A DNA stretch of 63,641 bases, filler included, from Octopus bimaculoides (Eukaryota), in the NCBI RefSeq assembly GCF_001194135.2. It is 7 parts of 6 records of this genome, joined end to end, with 100 filler letters (N's around TTAATTAATTAA, not from the genome) between each part and the next. Parts side by side here need not be neighbours in the genome. Positions count along the whole stretch, not along the records: positions 50,611 to 52,953 come from NW_026301460.1; positions 53,054 to 58,217 come from NC_069000.1; positions 58,318 to 61,992 come from NC_068984.1; positions 62,093 to 63,641 come from NC_068983.1; 3 more parts are not named here. One strand, given 5' to 3'. A program made the translations under genes and the position numbers. Below the pieces are notes generated by a model. That model did no database searches. It was not told where the DNA came from and saw nothing but the letters and a program-made list of their open reading frames with translations. Positions 51,004 through 63,389 of this stretch are shown here, piece after piece; within the stretch, counting starts at the first letter, position 1; each line of letters begins with the position of its first letter.

Positions 51004-51027
51004 GTAGAGGTAGAAAGTAACTTATGC

Positions 51028-51061
<34 letters not shown>

Positions 51062-51292
51062 GCGTATTTCTGTATGTGTATACATATATGTAAACATATA
51101 TGGATATATATAAATATCTACGTATATACATAGATGTATAATTATATCTATATATACACATACACATATCAATACATACACACACATATATGTTACATAT
51201 ATGTGGGTGTAGAGACATACATACATATATATATGTGTATTTATACATATGTATATATATTCAAATATGTATGTGTGTACATATATATGTTA

Positions 51293-51328
<36 letters not shown>

Positions 51329-51338
51329 NNNNNNNNNN

Positions 51339-51379
<41 letters not shown>

Positions 51380-51450
51380 CATATATAAGCAATTTTGCAT
51401 GCATATACACACTTATATACACCTATGTATATGCATATATATATATTCAA

Positions 51451-51487
<37 letters not shown>

Positions 51488-51637
51488 CATACATAAATAT
51501 ATACAAGCACAAGTATAAATAAATATGTATATAGATATATAAATGTATTTGAATATAAATGAAAGTACGTACAAATAATATCAACATATATATATATATA
51601 AACATACGTATGTAAACACATGCGTATATACATATAC

Positions 51638-51714
<77 letters not shown>

Positions 51715-52049
51715 CATACCGGCACATATTACATATATATATACATACTTACACACACACACACACGCTTAAATACATACATACGCGTCCATATACATAC
51801 ATATATATATATATTTATATATATATATATATATATATATTACCTCCATATATACTTATAGATATATTGTCATACATATACATATATATAACACATACAT
51901 ACACACACATACACAGACACACACATACATATATATATATATAGAATCCGTGAATAGCGATATATACACACATATATATTAGTATCGACGTAGATATTAA
52001 ACCGCTCCCAGCTTATATTGAAATAGGTATCTCTCTCTATCACAAACAC

Positions 52050-52087
<38 letters not shown>

Positions 52088-52185
52088 GCATGTACATACA
52101 TACACAGGTGCGTGTATAAACAAACAGCGACGCTGTTCAATATAGATGCCTTAGTATATTATAACAAAGTCAACACAAATTTCAG

Positions 52186-52211
52186 ATTTAAAAGATCAGC
52201 AAACCTATTTG
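52186..52211 (+). CDS. Candidate 26-nt exon (D)LKDQQTYL, phase 1->0
   Basis: Acceptor caaatttcag| and donor TTG|GTATGT. It lies in an island of unique sequence between microsatellites and is phase-compatible with 50941-51003. Confidence 0.25.
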
Positions 52212-52261
52212 GTATGTTTGATGTGAAGCAAGTGTTTACACGTGTGTAATAATGCATAGCC

Positions 52262-52355
<94 letters not shown>

Positions 52356-53053
52356 ACATTATATATATATATTATATATACTATATATATACTATATATA
52401 TACATTATATATATATTATATATATATACATGCATAAACACATACACACGCATATATATGTGTATACATATATATATATGTATATATATGTATATATATA
52501 TATATGTATGTATATATATATATATATATGTATGTATGTAATTGTATACGTGTTTGTTTGCATTACTACCTGTGTATGTATATACATGGAGAAATAACAG
52601 TACATATGCATGTATGTACATACATATGTATACGTGTGAGTGTACACAGAGGCGGGTATACACACATGTCATGTATGTACGTAGTAATGAATGTACGTAT
52701 GTATGTATGTATGTATGTATGGATGGATAGATGTGTGCATGTATGCATTTATCTATGTATATATATTCACACACACACATTAGTGAACATCAAAACACAC
52801 ACACACACACACACACACGTAATCATACAGGCTCAAACGCTCCTAGAAGCATATATGCATTTCTATATACGTACATAGAAACATGCGCACGTACGTATAT
52901 ATACATATACATACGTATATATACATTTATATATATATATATATATATATATANNNNNNNNNNNNNNNNNNNNNNNNNNNNNNNNNNNNNNNNNNNNTTA
53001 ATTAATTAANNNNNNNNNNNNNNNNNNNNNNNNNNNNNNNNNNNNNNNNNNNN

Positions 53054-53093
<40 letters not shown>

Positions 53094-54077
53094 TAATATG
53101 AATAATAGAAATGTTGTTATATCTTTATGGGAAAATAACTATGTAATAAAATAAAGTAAATAAAATATAGTAAATAAAATAGAATAAAATGAATAGATAT
53201 TTCTCTGCTTATTCCATATATGTGAGAATGAAATAAGCAGAGCACGAGCACGCACGAAGACGGAAAGTATCGCTGAGGAGGTCACAGATGTGTAACGAAA
53301 GATTTCTGGACAATGGACATGAGTAAGAATAAGAACAGTAATAAACAACTGAAGAACGAATATATAGTGCGTGTGTTTATTTGGCAAGAAAAGACCTTTC
53401 CGATATACATATACATATATATATATTTATATATATATATGTATGTTATGTCTGAGGGTGTGTATGTATGTATGTGTGTGTGTGTATTTATGTGTGTGTG
53501 TATCGATGTATGTTTGTGTGTGTATGTGTGTGTGGAGGGGTACATGTGTGTGCATTACGCTTATACATTTCTTTCTACGTAACTCTGTTCCCATATGAAC
53601 AGTTATCATATCCTTTTGGAAACATTTTGAAGCAACATATTTCAGCTGGAGTGGAACATCTGGATTCAGTATTTCAAACAACAACAGTATGACTACATCT
53701 TGGAAATTCGAGTAGATATATTCTATTGAACGATACTTTATAACCACGTTTCATTGATACCTTTCCGTCTGCTAGTTACATTTTTATAGTCTTTTATGAC
53801 GATGTCAGGTTCATTTGCCAAAATTTTTGCTTTCATCAGCGCACAGTGCTACATTTCACAGAAATTTCAGTTTAACCTTCTGAAGATTATGTAACTTGGA
53901 ATATAATTTTGTCGATATTCTTGTGATCATATTTTCAAATTATAATTAACATTTCTATCTTCACTGACAATTTGCCAGTCTAGTACAGATGTACTTCCGG
54001 CTGTTCCTCCACAGTCCTGCTTTCCCTACGGGCTTTTCTGGTTATCGGACCTTTCTGGTTATCAGCGATGGTGGGGC

Positions 54078-54262
54078 TAAGTGCATTCGACCCCAGTGTT
54101 CAACTGGTACTTAATTTATCGATCGCGAATGGGTGAACGGCAAAGTTGACCTCGGTGGAATTTGAACTCAGAACTAAAGACGGACGAAATGTTGCAAAGC
54201 ATTTTTGCCCTGTGTGCCAGCTTCTGTCAGTTCGTCGCAGCTTCTGCCAGTTCGTCGCCTTC
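54078..54262 (-). mobile_element. SINE family A copy with a short internal duplication near the head
   Basis: TCGACCCCAGTGTTCAACTGGTACTTAATTTATCGA...GACCTCGGTGGAATTTGAACTCAGAAC. CAGCTTCTG(T/C)CAGTTCGTCGC occurs twice at ~54218-54259. Confidence 0.85.
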
Positions 54263-54527
54263 ATTAATATTCATATTAACTAGTAATAAAATAAAACTGA
54301 AATGATATACAACCAGTACATATGTTTTATTGCCAGCATGAACCTACCAAAAGACAACAGTACTTTCTTTAACACTCGATTTCTCATTAAGAAGCTAGCT
54401 AACACATACAAAAGTGCACACGCATACACACACATATATATATATACATATGTATACGTGTGCATATTTATGTCTACGAATAGGTAAATATGTATCTTGA
54501 TGTATGTAATATATATANNNNNNNNNN

Positions 54528-54568
<41 letters not shown>

Positions 54569-54611
54569 ATATATATATATGTATATATATGTGTATGTAT
54601 GTCTGTCTGTA

Positions 54612-54646
<35 letters not shown>

Positions 54647-55960
54647 CAATATCTTCCATGCATACCATCAGTATGTACAATCTTATCAGTATGTAAAATC
54701 AGATTATACAGATTATATAAGACTACTTACATATGTAGGCATACAGTTATAAACGTATGTATGTATGTATGTATGTATGTATGTATGTATCCATCTTTGT
54801 AGCTACCTATTTAATTATCTTTTTTTTTTTGTATCTATATTTATCTTATAGGCACCGCTGGAATATGATAAGAATGCCATTTTTCATCTCAGTATATTTC
54901 TAGTGATTTTCTCTTATCTGTCCCCTTTTTTTAATAGTTATTCGTGGAATGTTGAAACTATGGCTACATCGATACCTAAATGCATACATGCATACATTCA
55001 AACATGCATACATTTTTACATACATGCGTACAAGCGTACGAACATGCATGTACTCATACATTAATTTGGGACAGAGAAATGAGTGCAAACTGGTTGATAT
55101 TATCTGTTCAGGAGATGGTAATATAATGTTCAAAATATAAGACGAAAACATACATAACAAATTAATAAGAAATCTGCAGATAGATCTTTCCATTTATACC
55201 TGTGATTATTGGTGCGCAGAATTTAGGAACTAATAGTGTTACACAAACCAGAAAGGGCATAGCTAATTAGAAAATCAAAGTAAAAATATGTAAAACATTA
55301 ATCGCGTTTAGTCTTTAGTATTTACACATGTTTTCATATAGTTTTCTATTAACAGCGTTGGTGACCATCTCCAGTTGCGAATGCTTTTATGCGCGTACTT
55401 ATTAAAGAACAAACGGAACGGATAACGCAACCAGGCAGACGATCGGAGAACCGCTACTGTTACTGGGTGCCGTCACATGGAGACTGTGGGAATGGTGGTG
55501 TATTATAATCACAGACGCACGTGATATATCGGCCATTCTAGTGGCAACGGCAGCCACAGAAACGCAAAATCTATCAAACAAATTGTTAGAAAAAAATACC
55601 TACGCAATGAAATTTTATCGTCGTGTTGGGATGTGTATTTCCCAGCATAAGTAACATCACTTTGAAAGAGATAGAGTATGTGATAAGGGTGGCCTAAGAC
55701 GACCTATTCTTTGTCTTGGATGCAGGAAGCTATAGATACCAGAGACCACCTTAAAGCAGACTGCCACAGCTTTTCCCTTCAAGGTATACCTTTCTAACCT
55801 TTGTATCACTGGATCCACCACAAAGGATAGATATTACATTTTGAAGGGATTGAAGTTAGTTGGCTCGGCGTATTTAGTGCCGTTTTGTTGCGTTATCTTA
55901 TCCCCTTATAAAATATATTTTGCAGATGATAGGACATTTTAATTTAATGCATTATGTCAT

Positions 55961-56087
55961 GTGAAGGCGAGTGGCCTAGTGGTTAGGGTGTAGAACTCAC
56001 GATCATCAGATCGCAGGCTCGATTCCTGGACCGGTCGGCGTGTTGTGTTCTCGAGCAAAATACTTCATTTCAGATTACTCTAGTGCT
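55961..56087 (+). mobile_element. tRNA-derived SINE family C head, truncated at ~56087
   Basis: GTGAAGGCGAGTGGCCTAGTGGTTAGGGTG...GGCTCGATTCCTGGACCGG has A-box and B-box-like motifs. Not a tRNA gene: no complete cloverleaf, and it continues into a SINE body. Confidence 0.8.
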
Positions 56088-56335
56088 GTGTGGAGATCGG
56101 CATGTCAAAGAATAGAACCAACGTTTCTTCTGCGTGTCGTAAAAGCCAACCCAAAGAGATCGAAGTAGGATTTGTGCTCCGACCTCGTAAAACCCTCACC
56201 GGTAACGTCTACCCGAACAGACCTATGGATTGGAGGGTGGTCGCATGGGTGGTCAGAGGGGTCATCCGTCAAGAATAGTAGGGGATCATCAACGATGATA
56301 TATGCAGCGACGCGTTGTTAAAGCGCATTCCTCCA
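56088..56335 (+). mobile_element. Probable 5' UTR fragment of a non-LTR retrotransposon carrying a decayed HDV-like ribozyme motif
   Basis: GC-rich block abutting the truncated SINE. Contains TCTGCGTGTCGTAAAAGCCAAC, close to the CCTGCGTGTCGTAAGAGGCGACTAA motif I recall from LINE 5' ends (recalled, not searched). See findings. Confidence 0.4.
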
Positions 56336-56386
<51 letters not shown>

Positions 56387-57549
56387 ATTATGTCATGAAA
56401 TTCATCACACAAACACACACAAAAAAATTGTTCATGATAATATCGGAATTGTGGATATAACATTTAATACACCAAATTGTAAGCGGTTTTTCTTGTATGC
56501 AAATGTTGTTGCTTCTGTTGTGTCAGTGAAAGCTGGTTTTATTTATTTACGTACAGGACATTAAGTTCGCGGAAATATTAGCCATTATAAACAAATGCAC
56601 CAAAAGTTGACTTATATGTCATCAGTATGTTCGGCTTAACTGTAGCCTTACATTTAGACTTCAGCTGTCGAAATCTAATTTCTTGTGAGAATTTTGTTGC
56701 TGCAATGATAATTGATTATCTTCTGAACAAATGTAATCAACTAGACATGTAACAGGCCCGCTTGTATGCGGAAAAGTAGTGGGCGACATTAACAACTGCC
56801 TTTCTAAAATTCTCCTTTGGCACTGACTATTTCTCTACCACCTTTTTTTCTAGAGCAGTACATTCATTGGGTGTTAGACTTATTGTGTAAGAACATGGTG
56901 TTTTAGGTAGAATTCTCGTAATACGACCTCTGGAATTTAGGTCTGTTACGTTCCAAACCTATACAACAGAACCATATGTTATGGCTAGTTGTGAAAATAT
57001 GTTAATGGCATATATAGTATTCCTGCTAATGAGAAACGTTTTTAAAATAAAAATGTTTGACTCTGTCAAAATATATACATTTTCCATTCGAATTCGCGAA
57101 AGTTTTGACACACACAGCTTTACTTTCGTCTATGCTCAAGTGGGTATTGAATTTATCATAATCCAGCGCCTGTATTATTTTCCTTCGCTAGACTGCTAGA
57201 CTGCTAAATTGCCTTTTCGATTCTGTCTACCCTGTCATATTGTCTGTTACCTTGTTAAACGTCACTAGTCCAAGGGACGTCTTAATAGCTTTGTGAAATT
57301 GCTTGACGGTATTGCGGAGACTTATTCTTCAATTCTCAGAGGTCGGTAGTTACCATACTATACCATATACACACACACACACAAACACATACATACGTGT
57401 ACTCGCAAGCATACACATATACACACACACTCACAGACATACATACAAATATTTACGCACAAACACTCGCACATAAGTACACATATATACATACATATAC
57501 AGACACGCACATAGACACATTATGACACTACTACATTTATTCGATATGA

Positions 57550-58075
57550 CCACCTCTGCTTCGAATCACAGCCTTAAGTTTAGGTGCTTATGCTTCACAC
57601 GCTGCACGCAGTTGTTCTTGCGGAATCGAAGTTCATTCCTGGCGCAGTTTTGCTTTCAGAGCGTCGAGCGAAGCATGAGGAGTGCTCGAGACTCTCGTCT
57701 CCAAAACAATGAACCAAACAGAAAAATCTAACGGGCTGAAAACGGGGTTTCTTGCCTGTGAACGAGGGAATGTTTTTTCTGAATCCAGTGTTGTATCTGT
57801 TTGGGTCTATGGATGGGGCTGAGTCTTGTTGGAGGCTGCAAGATGCGCCTTGAAAGTGTTTATTCGCCCATGGAAGTAGTTCAGTTTCAAAGCTGTCGTT
57901 AATGCCAGGGGGCACAAAAATGGAGGGAAACCTTCCAGTGTCTGTCACATCCGCCCAAACCATAACTGACTGTGGATTTTGACGTCGATTTATTAGTCTA
58001 CCCAGTTTAAAATGTCGAAATCTATGTAACTACACATTTCTTTTACTGGTTCCATCTGAAAATAAGACTTTGCGC
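57550..58075 (-). mobile_element. Tc1/mariner-superfamily transposase relic, DDxD type (maT/DD37D-like), C-terminal catalytic region
   Basis: Minus strand across frameshifts: RKVLFSDG..; RRQNPQSVMVWADVTDTGRFP.IFVPPG..LLPWANKHFQG....LQQDSAPS(H); WIQKNIPSF..; PLDFSVW..LETRVSSTPHASLDALKAKL..IPQEQLRAACEA..KLKAVIRSRGGHIE*. The third catalytic residue is D (PLDF), not E. Confidence 0.88.
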
Positions 58076-58572
58076 CCGAAATATGAAGTAATTTTTTGTA
58101 AAACTTTGTACACTGTTAGGAGCTTTCCTTATTCCTCTTTTCTTTCATTTCCTGCACACGCACGCGCGTGCACACATACACGCACGCACGCACTCACACG
58201 CACACACCACAGATATANNNNNNNNNNNNNNNNNNNNNNNNNNNNNNNNNNNNNNNNNNNNTTAATTAATTAANNNNNNNNNNNNNNNNNNNNNNNNNNN
58301 NNNNNNNNNNNNNNNNNTGTGTGTGTGTGTGTGTGTGTGTGTGTTCGTGCGTTCAAAAAATAAATTTGTCAATCTACTTCATTTTGGTTAATATAGAAAG
58401 GATTGAGGTAACTCCTCCTGAAGATATAGAGTCAAAATTAAAAGAAGAGAGCCATTTGTTATCCAGTTGAAGATACACGAGATGTCGAAATATTGTTCAC
58501 TAGATAACAAATGGCACTCTTCTTTTAATCTTGACTCTATATCTTCAGGAGGAGTTACCTCAATCGTTTCTA

Positions 58573-58700
<128 letters not shown>

Positions 58701-59831
58701 TTGGCACTGTGATAACCTGTTACCTTCAATCTATAAGCTACTCGGTAAGGAGAGAATGCTAAATATGCAAAGGCGTAGCGCTATCAAGGCCACTCCCCTG
58801 ATGAAGCGCCGGTACACAGCTGCTGTTGAATCATATTTTTGTAATTATTTATAAAATAATTCGTGGAATAGTAATGTAAGGAAAACTCAGCAACTAACAC
58901 CTTTTACCTCTACACAGCAACATTAGTTGTGATTTGCAATTGAAGCCTGTTCGTTCCGTCTTCTTACTTTATAAATTTATTTATATACAGCTAATTTAAT
59001 CAAGCGTATATTCTCCAGTTGAATCAGTAACGTACTGTCAATGTTCTGAAAGCTTCCTGAAACCAGTTTTACGGAAACGGAGATTATTGCGATCAAAAAT
59101 ATCATCTGTATCCAATTTTAGAGCGTCCAATAAATCATAATGCTCACTAATGAAAAGTTTTCAAATGTCTGGTAGCCAGAATGTACAATATCAAGGAAAT
59201 ATGACGGATGTTAAAGTTTTTCCTAGTCAACCTCTTCAATCTTGGAAGAAGTGATTCTTGCAGTATATGGGCTCACGTTATCATGGTAGAAAACAACATC
59301 AGGTTAATGAAACAAAGAGCCACTGTTCTTCTTTGTTTTTGGGGTTTTTTTTCGGGTTTTTTTTTCATTCAATCAGCTGAGTTGCCCACAGTACATTTGA
59401 GATGTAATTTTATGGTTTAGTAACAGGATTTTCGCGTGAGTAACATTACAGGAAACTTCCAACAAAATATCATTAGGGTGAAAATCAGATGCTGATGTAA
59501 GTATGTTCGTGTCGTATCGCCTGATAAGAATTCGTTCGGGATGTGAATGACAGATTTTGTGTTCGTACCAGACGACGCAAAAGAATGCATAAACGAATGT
59601 GTACTACGATCCGCTGACGTCATTCACAGCCCGATGTGTTTTCATACATGTTGACGAGGAGGAAAATTTTCTCTTGGGACTATTTTCTACAGTGGAAGGT
59701 CTTCTCACGCCCGAATGTACTCGAGCTTGTTAAATATGATTTTACACAAATATGTTTTATTCAACACTGCTATGTTCGATATATGTGTGTGCATACATGT
59801 GTGTGTGCATACATGTGTGTGTGTGTATGTG

Positions 59832-59862
<31 letters not shown>

Positions 59863-59872
59863 GTATGTATGT

Positions 59873-59932
<60 letters not shown>

Positions 59933-61001
59933 ACGTATGTATATATATGTATATATACATATAGATATATACATATATATTTACATATATATTTGTGTTT
60001 GTAGATGTGTTTGTTTATGAATTTATATTCATATATATATATAAGTATATATTTGTGATATGATATTTATTTGAATGTATATGTANNNNNNNNNNNNNNN
60101 NNNNNNNNNNNNNNNNNNNNNNNNNNNNNNNNNNNNNNNNNNNNNNNNNNNNNNNNNNNNNNNNNNNNNNNNNNNNNNNNNNNNNNNNNNNNNNNNNNNN
60201 NNNNNNNNNNNNNNNNNNNNNNNNNNNNNNNNNNNNNNNNNNNNNNNNNNNNNNNNNNNNNNNNNNNNNNNNNNNNNNNNNNNNNNNNNNNNNNNNNNNN
60301 NNNNNNNNNNNNNNNNNNNNNNNNNNNNNNNNNNNNNNNNNNNNNNNNNNNNNNNNNNNNNNNNNNNNNNNNNNNNNNNNNNNNNNNNNNNNNNNNNNNN
60401 NNNNNNNNNNNNNNNNNNNNNNNNNNNNNNNNNNNNNNNNNNNNNNNNNNNNNNNNNNNNNNNNNNNNNNNNNNNNNNNNNNNNNNNNNNNNNNNNNNNN
60501 NNNNNNNNNNNNNNNNNNNNNNNNNNNNNNNNNNNNNNNNNNNNNNNNNNNNNNNNNNNNNNNNNNNNNNNNNNNNNNNNNNNNNNNNNNNNNNNNNNNN
60601 NNNNNNNNNNNNNNNNNNNNNNNNNNNNNNNNNNNNNNNNNNNNNNNNNNNNNNNNNNNNNNNNNNNNNNNNNNNNNNNNNNNNNNNNNNNNNNNNNNNN
60701 NNNNNNNNNNNNNNNNNNNNNNNNNNNNNNNNNNNNNNNNNNNNNNNNNNNNNNNNNNNNNNNNNNNNNNNNNNNNNNNNNNNNNNNNNNNNNNNNNNNN
60801 NNNNNNNNNNNNNNNNNNNNNNNNNNNNNNNNNNNNNNNNNNNNNNNNNNNNNNNNNNNNNNNNNNNNNNNNNNNNNNNNNNNNNNNNNNNNNNNNNNNN
60901 NNNNNNNNNNNNNNNNNNNNNNNNNNNNNNNNNNNNNNNNNNNNNNNNNNNNNNNNNNNNNNNNNNNNNNNNNNNNNNNNNNNNNNNNNNNNNNNNNNNN
61001 N

Positions 61002-61037
<36 letters not shown>

Positions 61038-61231
61038 CTATGTATGTATATTTATGTATGTATACATATACATATATACATATATTTACATATATATTTG
61101 TGTTTGTGGATGTGTTTGTTTATGAATTTATATACATATATGCAAGTATATATTTATGATATGATATTTATTTGAATGTATATGTAATGATAGCTAGCTA
61201 GCTAGCTAGCTAGATAGATAGATAGATAGAC

Positions 61232-61299
<68 letters not shown>

Positions 61300-61764
61300 G
61301 GATAGATTGTGGAATAGGTGACATATTTGATTAATGCTATAATATTGACCACATTTCATTTTTGATATCTCAAAAAAATCACTAATTTTAGGAGTACATT
61401 CTAAAGCTAGGTACGCATTATGTGAAATAGCTGTGGTAGCCCTGTATTATTTCAAGTATTAAATCAATATAACTGCCATTGAATATTTGTAGTATAGTAG
61501 TAAAGTTGTAATCGCAAAAAAAAAAATTAGAAGGAAAAAATGAAGTTTTTTCAAAGATAATCAATTCTGTCGCATGTCTTATAGTAAATAGTTAGAAACA
61601 GTACGTGACATTATTCGACCTTTGCCATTGGTTCACTCTAATACTTTCATGCGTCACTTGCTTTGCTCTATCGACTTCACTCTCATTTCTCAACATTTTT
61701 GCCGTTTTGATTTTCTTTCAACTTCCTCATACACTCACTCTCTTTCTTTCTTTCTTTCTTTCTG

Positions 61765-61799
<35 letters not shown>

Positions 61800-61950
61800 C
61801 TATTTCCCACTCATTCATTATTTCTTTCCATTTTTTCATTCTGTCCCTCAACCTCTTTCTTTAATTCACTTTAGATGTCTGTCTCTTGATTCCTTCAAAA
61901 ACATTAGTCTATTATTTTCCCTAACAATAAAACACTCACAGTCTCTCTCT

Positions 61951-61992
<42 letters not shown>

Positions 61993-62336
61993 NNNNNNNN
62001 NNNNNNNNNNNNNNNNNNNNNNNNNNNNNNNNNNNNTTAATTAATTAANNNNNNNNNNNNNNNNNNNNNNNNNNNNNNNNNNNNNNNNNNNNATGTATGT
62101 ATATACATACATAAATATCTATTATTGTATGTATGTATATATGTATATATATGCATGTATATATATTATGTGGTGAGGCTCTAACTAGTAGAATAGCACT
62201 CGATCAGCTAAGAGAGTAAAGATAATGTTAAAACAAAAACCAGAAATCTTGTTACTCACAGCTACCCAGGGTTTTCATAACCACTAATTAACTGCAATTA
62301 ACAAGATTTGTGGTTTTTATTATAAGATTTTATATA

Positions 62337-62845
62337 GGCACAGAAGTGGCTGTGTGGTAAGTAGCTTGCTTACCAACTACAAAGTTCTGGGTTCAGTCCT
62401 GCTGTGAGACACCTTGGGCAAGTGTCTTCTACTATAGCCTCGGGCCGACCAAAGCCTTGAGAGTGGATTTGGTAGACGGAAACTGAAAGAACCCCATTGT
62501 ATATATATATATATATCATCATCATCATCGTTGTTTAACGTCTGCTTTCCACACTAGCATGGGTTGAACGATTTGACTGAGGACTGGCAAGCCAGAAGGC
62601 TGCACCAAGCTCCAATCTGATCTGGCAGAGTTTCTACAGCTGGATATATGTATGCATGTATATGTTTGTCCCCCTCAACATCACTTGACAACCGATGCTG
62701 GTGTGTTTACTTCCCCATAACTTAGCGGTTCAGCAAAAAAGACCGAGATAGGATAAGTACTAGGCTTACAAAGAATAAGTCCTGGGTTCAATTTGCTTGA
62801 CTAAAGGTGGTGCTCCAGTGGAGCCGCAGTCAAATGACTGAAAGA
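62337..62845 (+). mobile_element. SINE family B, complete copy with a nested (GAT)n-tailed retroposon fragment at 62516-62644
   Basis: Head GGCACAGAAGTGGCTGTGTGGTAAGTAGCTTGCTTACCAAC..GGTTCAGTCC, core to ~62500, insert homologous to 38537-38700, then the 3' block 62660-62845. Confidence 0.9.
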
Positions 62846-63029
62846 AATTCTTTAAAAAATGTGTGTATGTGTGCGTATACTTCGTTTTTGCCTTTTGTTA
62901 GCAAAATTCTTTATATGAATTCATGTGTTGAAACAAATTTGTGCTTTCAATATTCTGCCATCACATCATTCCCTCTGCTCCATTCTCAAATCATCTCATT
63001 TTGAATATGCTCTCTTACTGATATACCTT

Positions 63030-63240
63030 GCATGGAATTTCCATGACCCTTCGCATCATAGCCTGTCCCTGTTCTATCTTCTTCATAGTACCCCATGCCT
63101 CGCCTGCATATAACAGAACTGGGTGGTTAGTATGGACCAGTAATGCACATCATGTCTTCAATTAAAATTGGTCAAGGTCTTCCATTTCCACAGACGATGA
63201 CATATAATGATATTGCAATTACTTCTAATTTCTACAGACT
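63030..63240 (-). mobile_element. RTE-clade LINE fragment (post-RT region)
   Basis: Minus strand HPVLLYAGEAWGTMKKIEQGQAMMRRVMEI resembles the RTE PVLLYGxETWT....QRxMxRRM motif; a decayed EIRSN lies upstream. Confidence 0.6.
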
Positions 63241-63389
63241 ATTTAGACCACAAGAGTTCCAATACCTGTTGATTTGTGGCAGGCGTTCTATGATTAATGA
63301 AAACTTGGCATATAACATTATTTCCTGTGTATCTCCTTTAATATTTGGCAGGAACCTATTGACTATTCTCATCTTTCTGTTCAATCTCC

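Noticed and set aside
55961-56040. tRNA genes (also 50315-50432 and the SINE A/B heads)
   Set aside because: They have A/B boxes but no complete cloverleaf and continue into shared SINE bodies.
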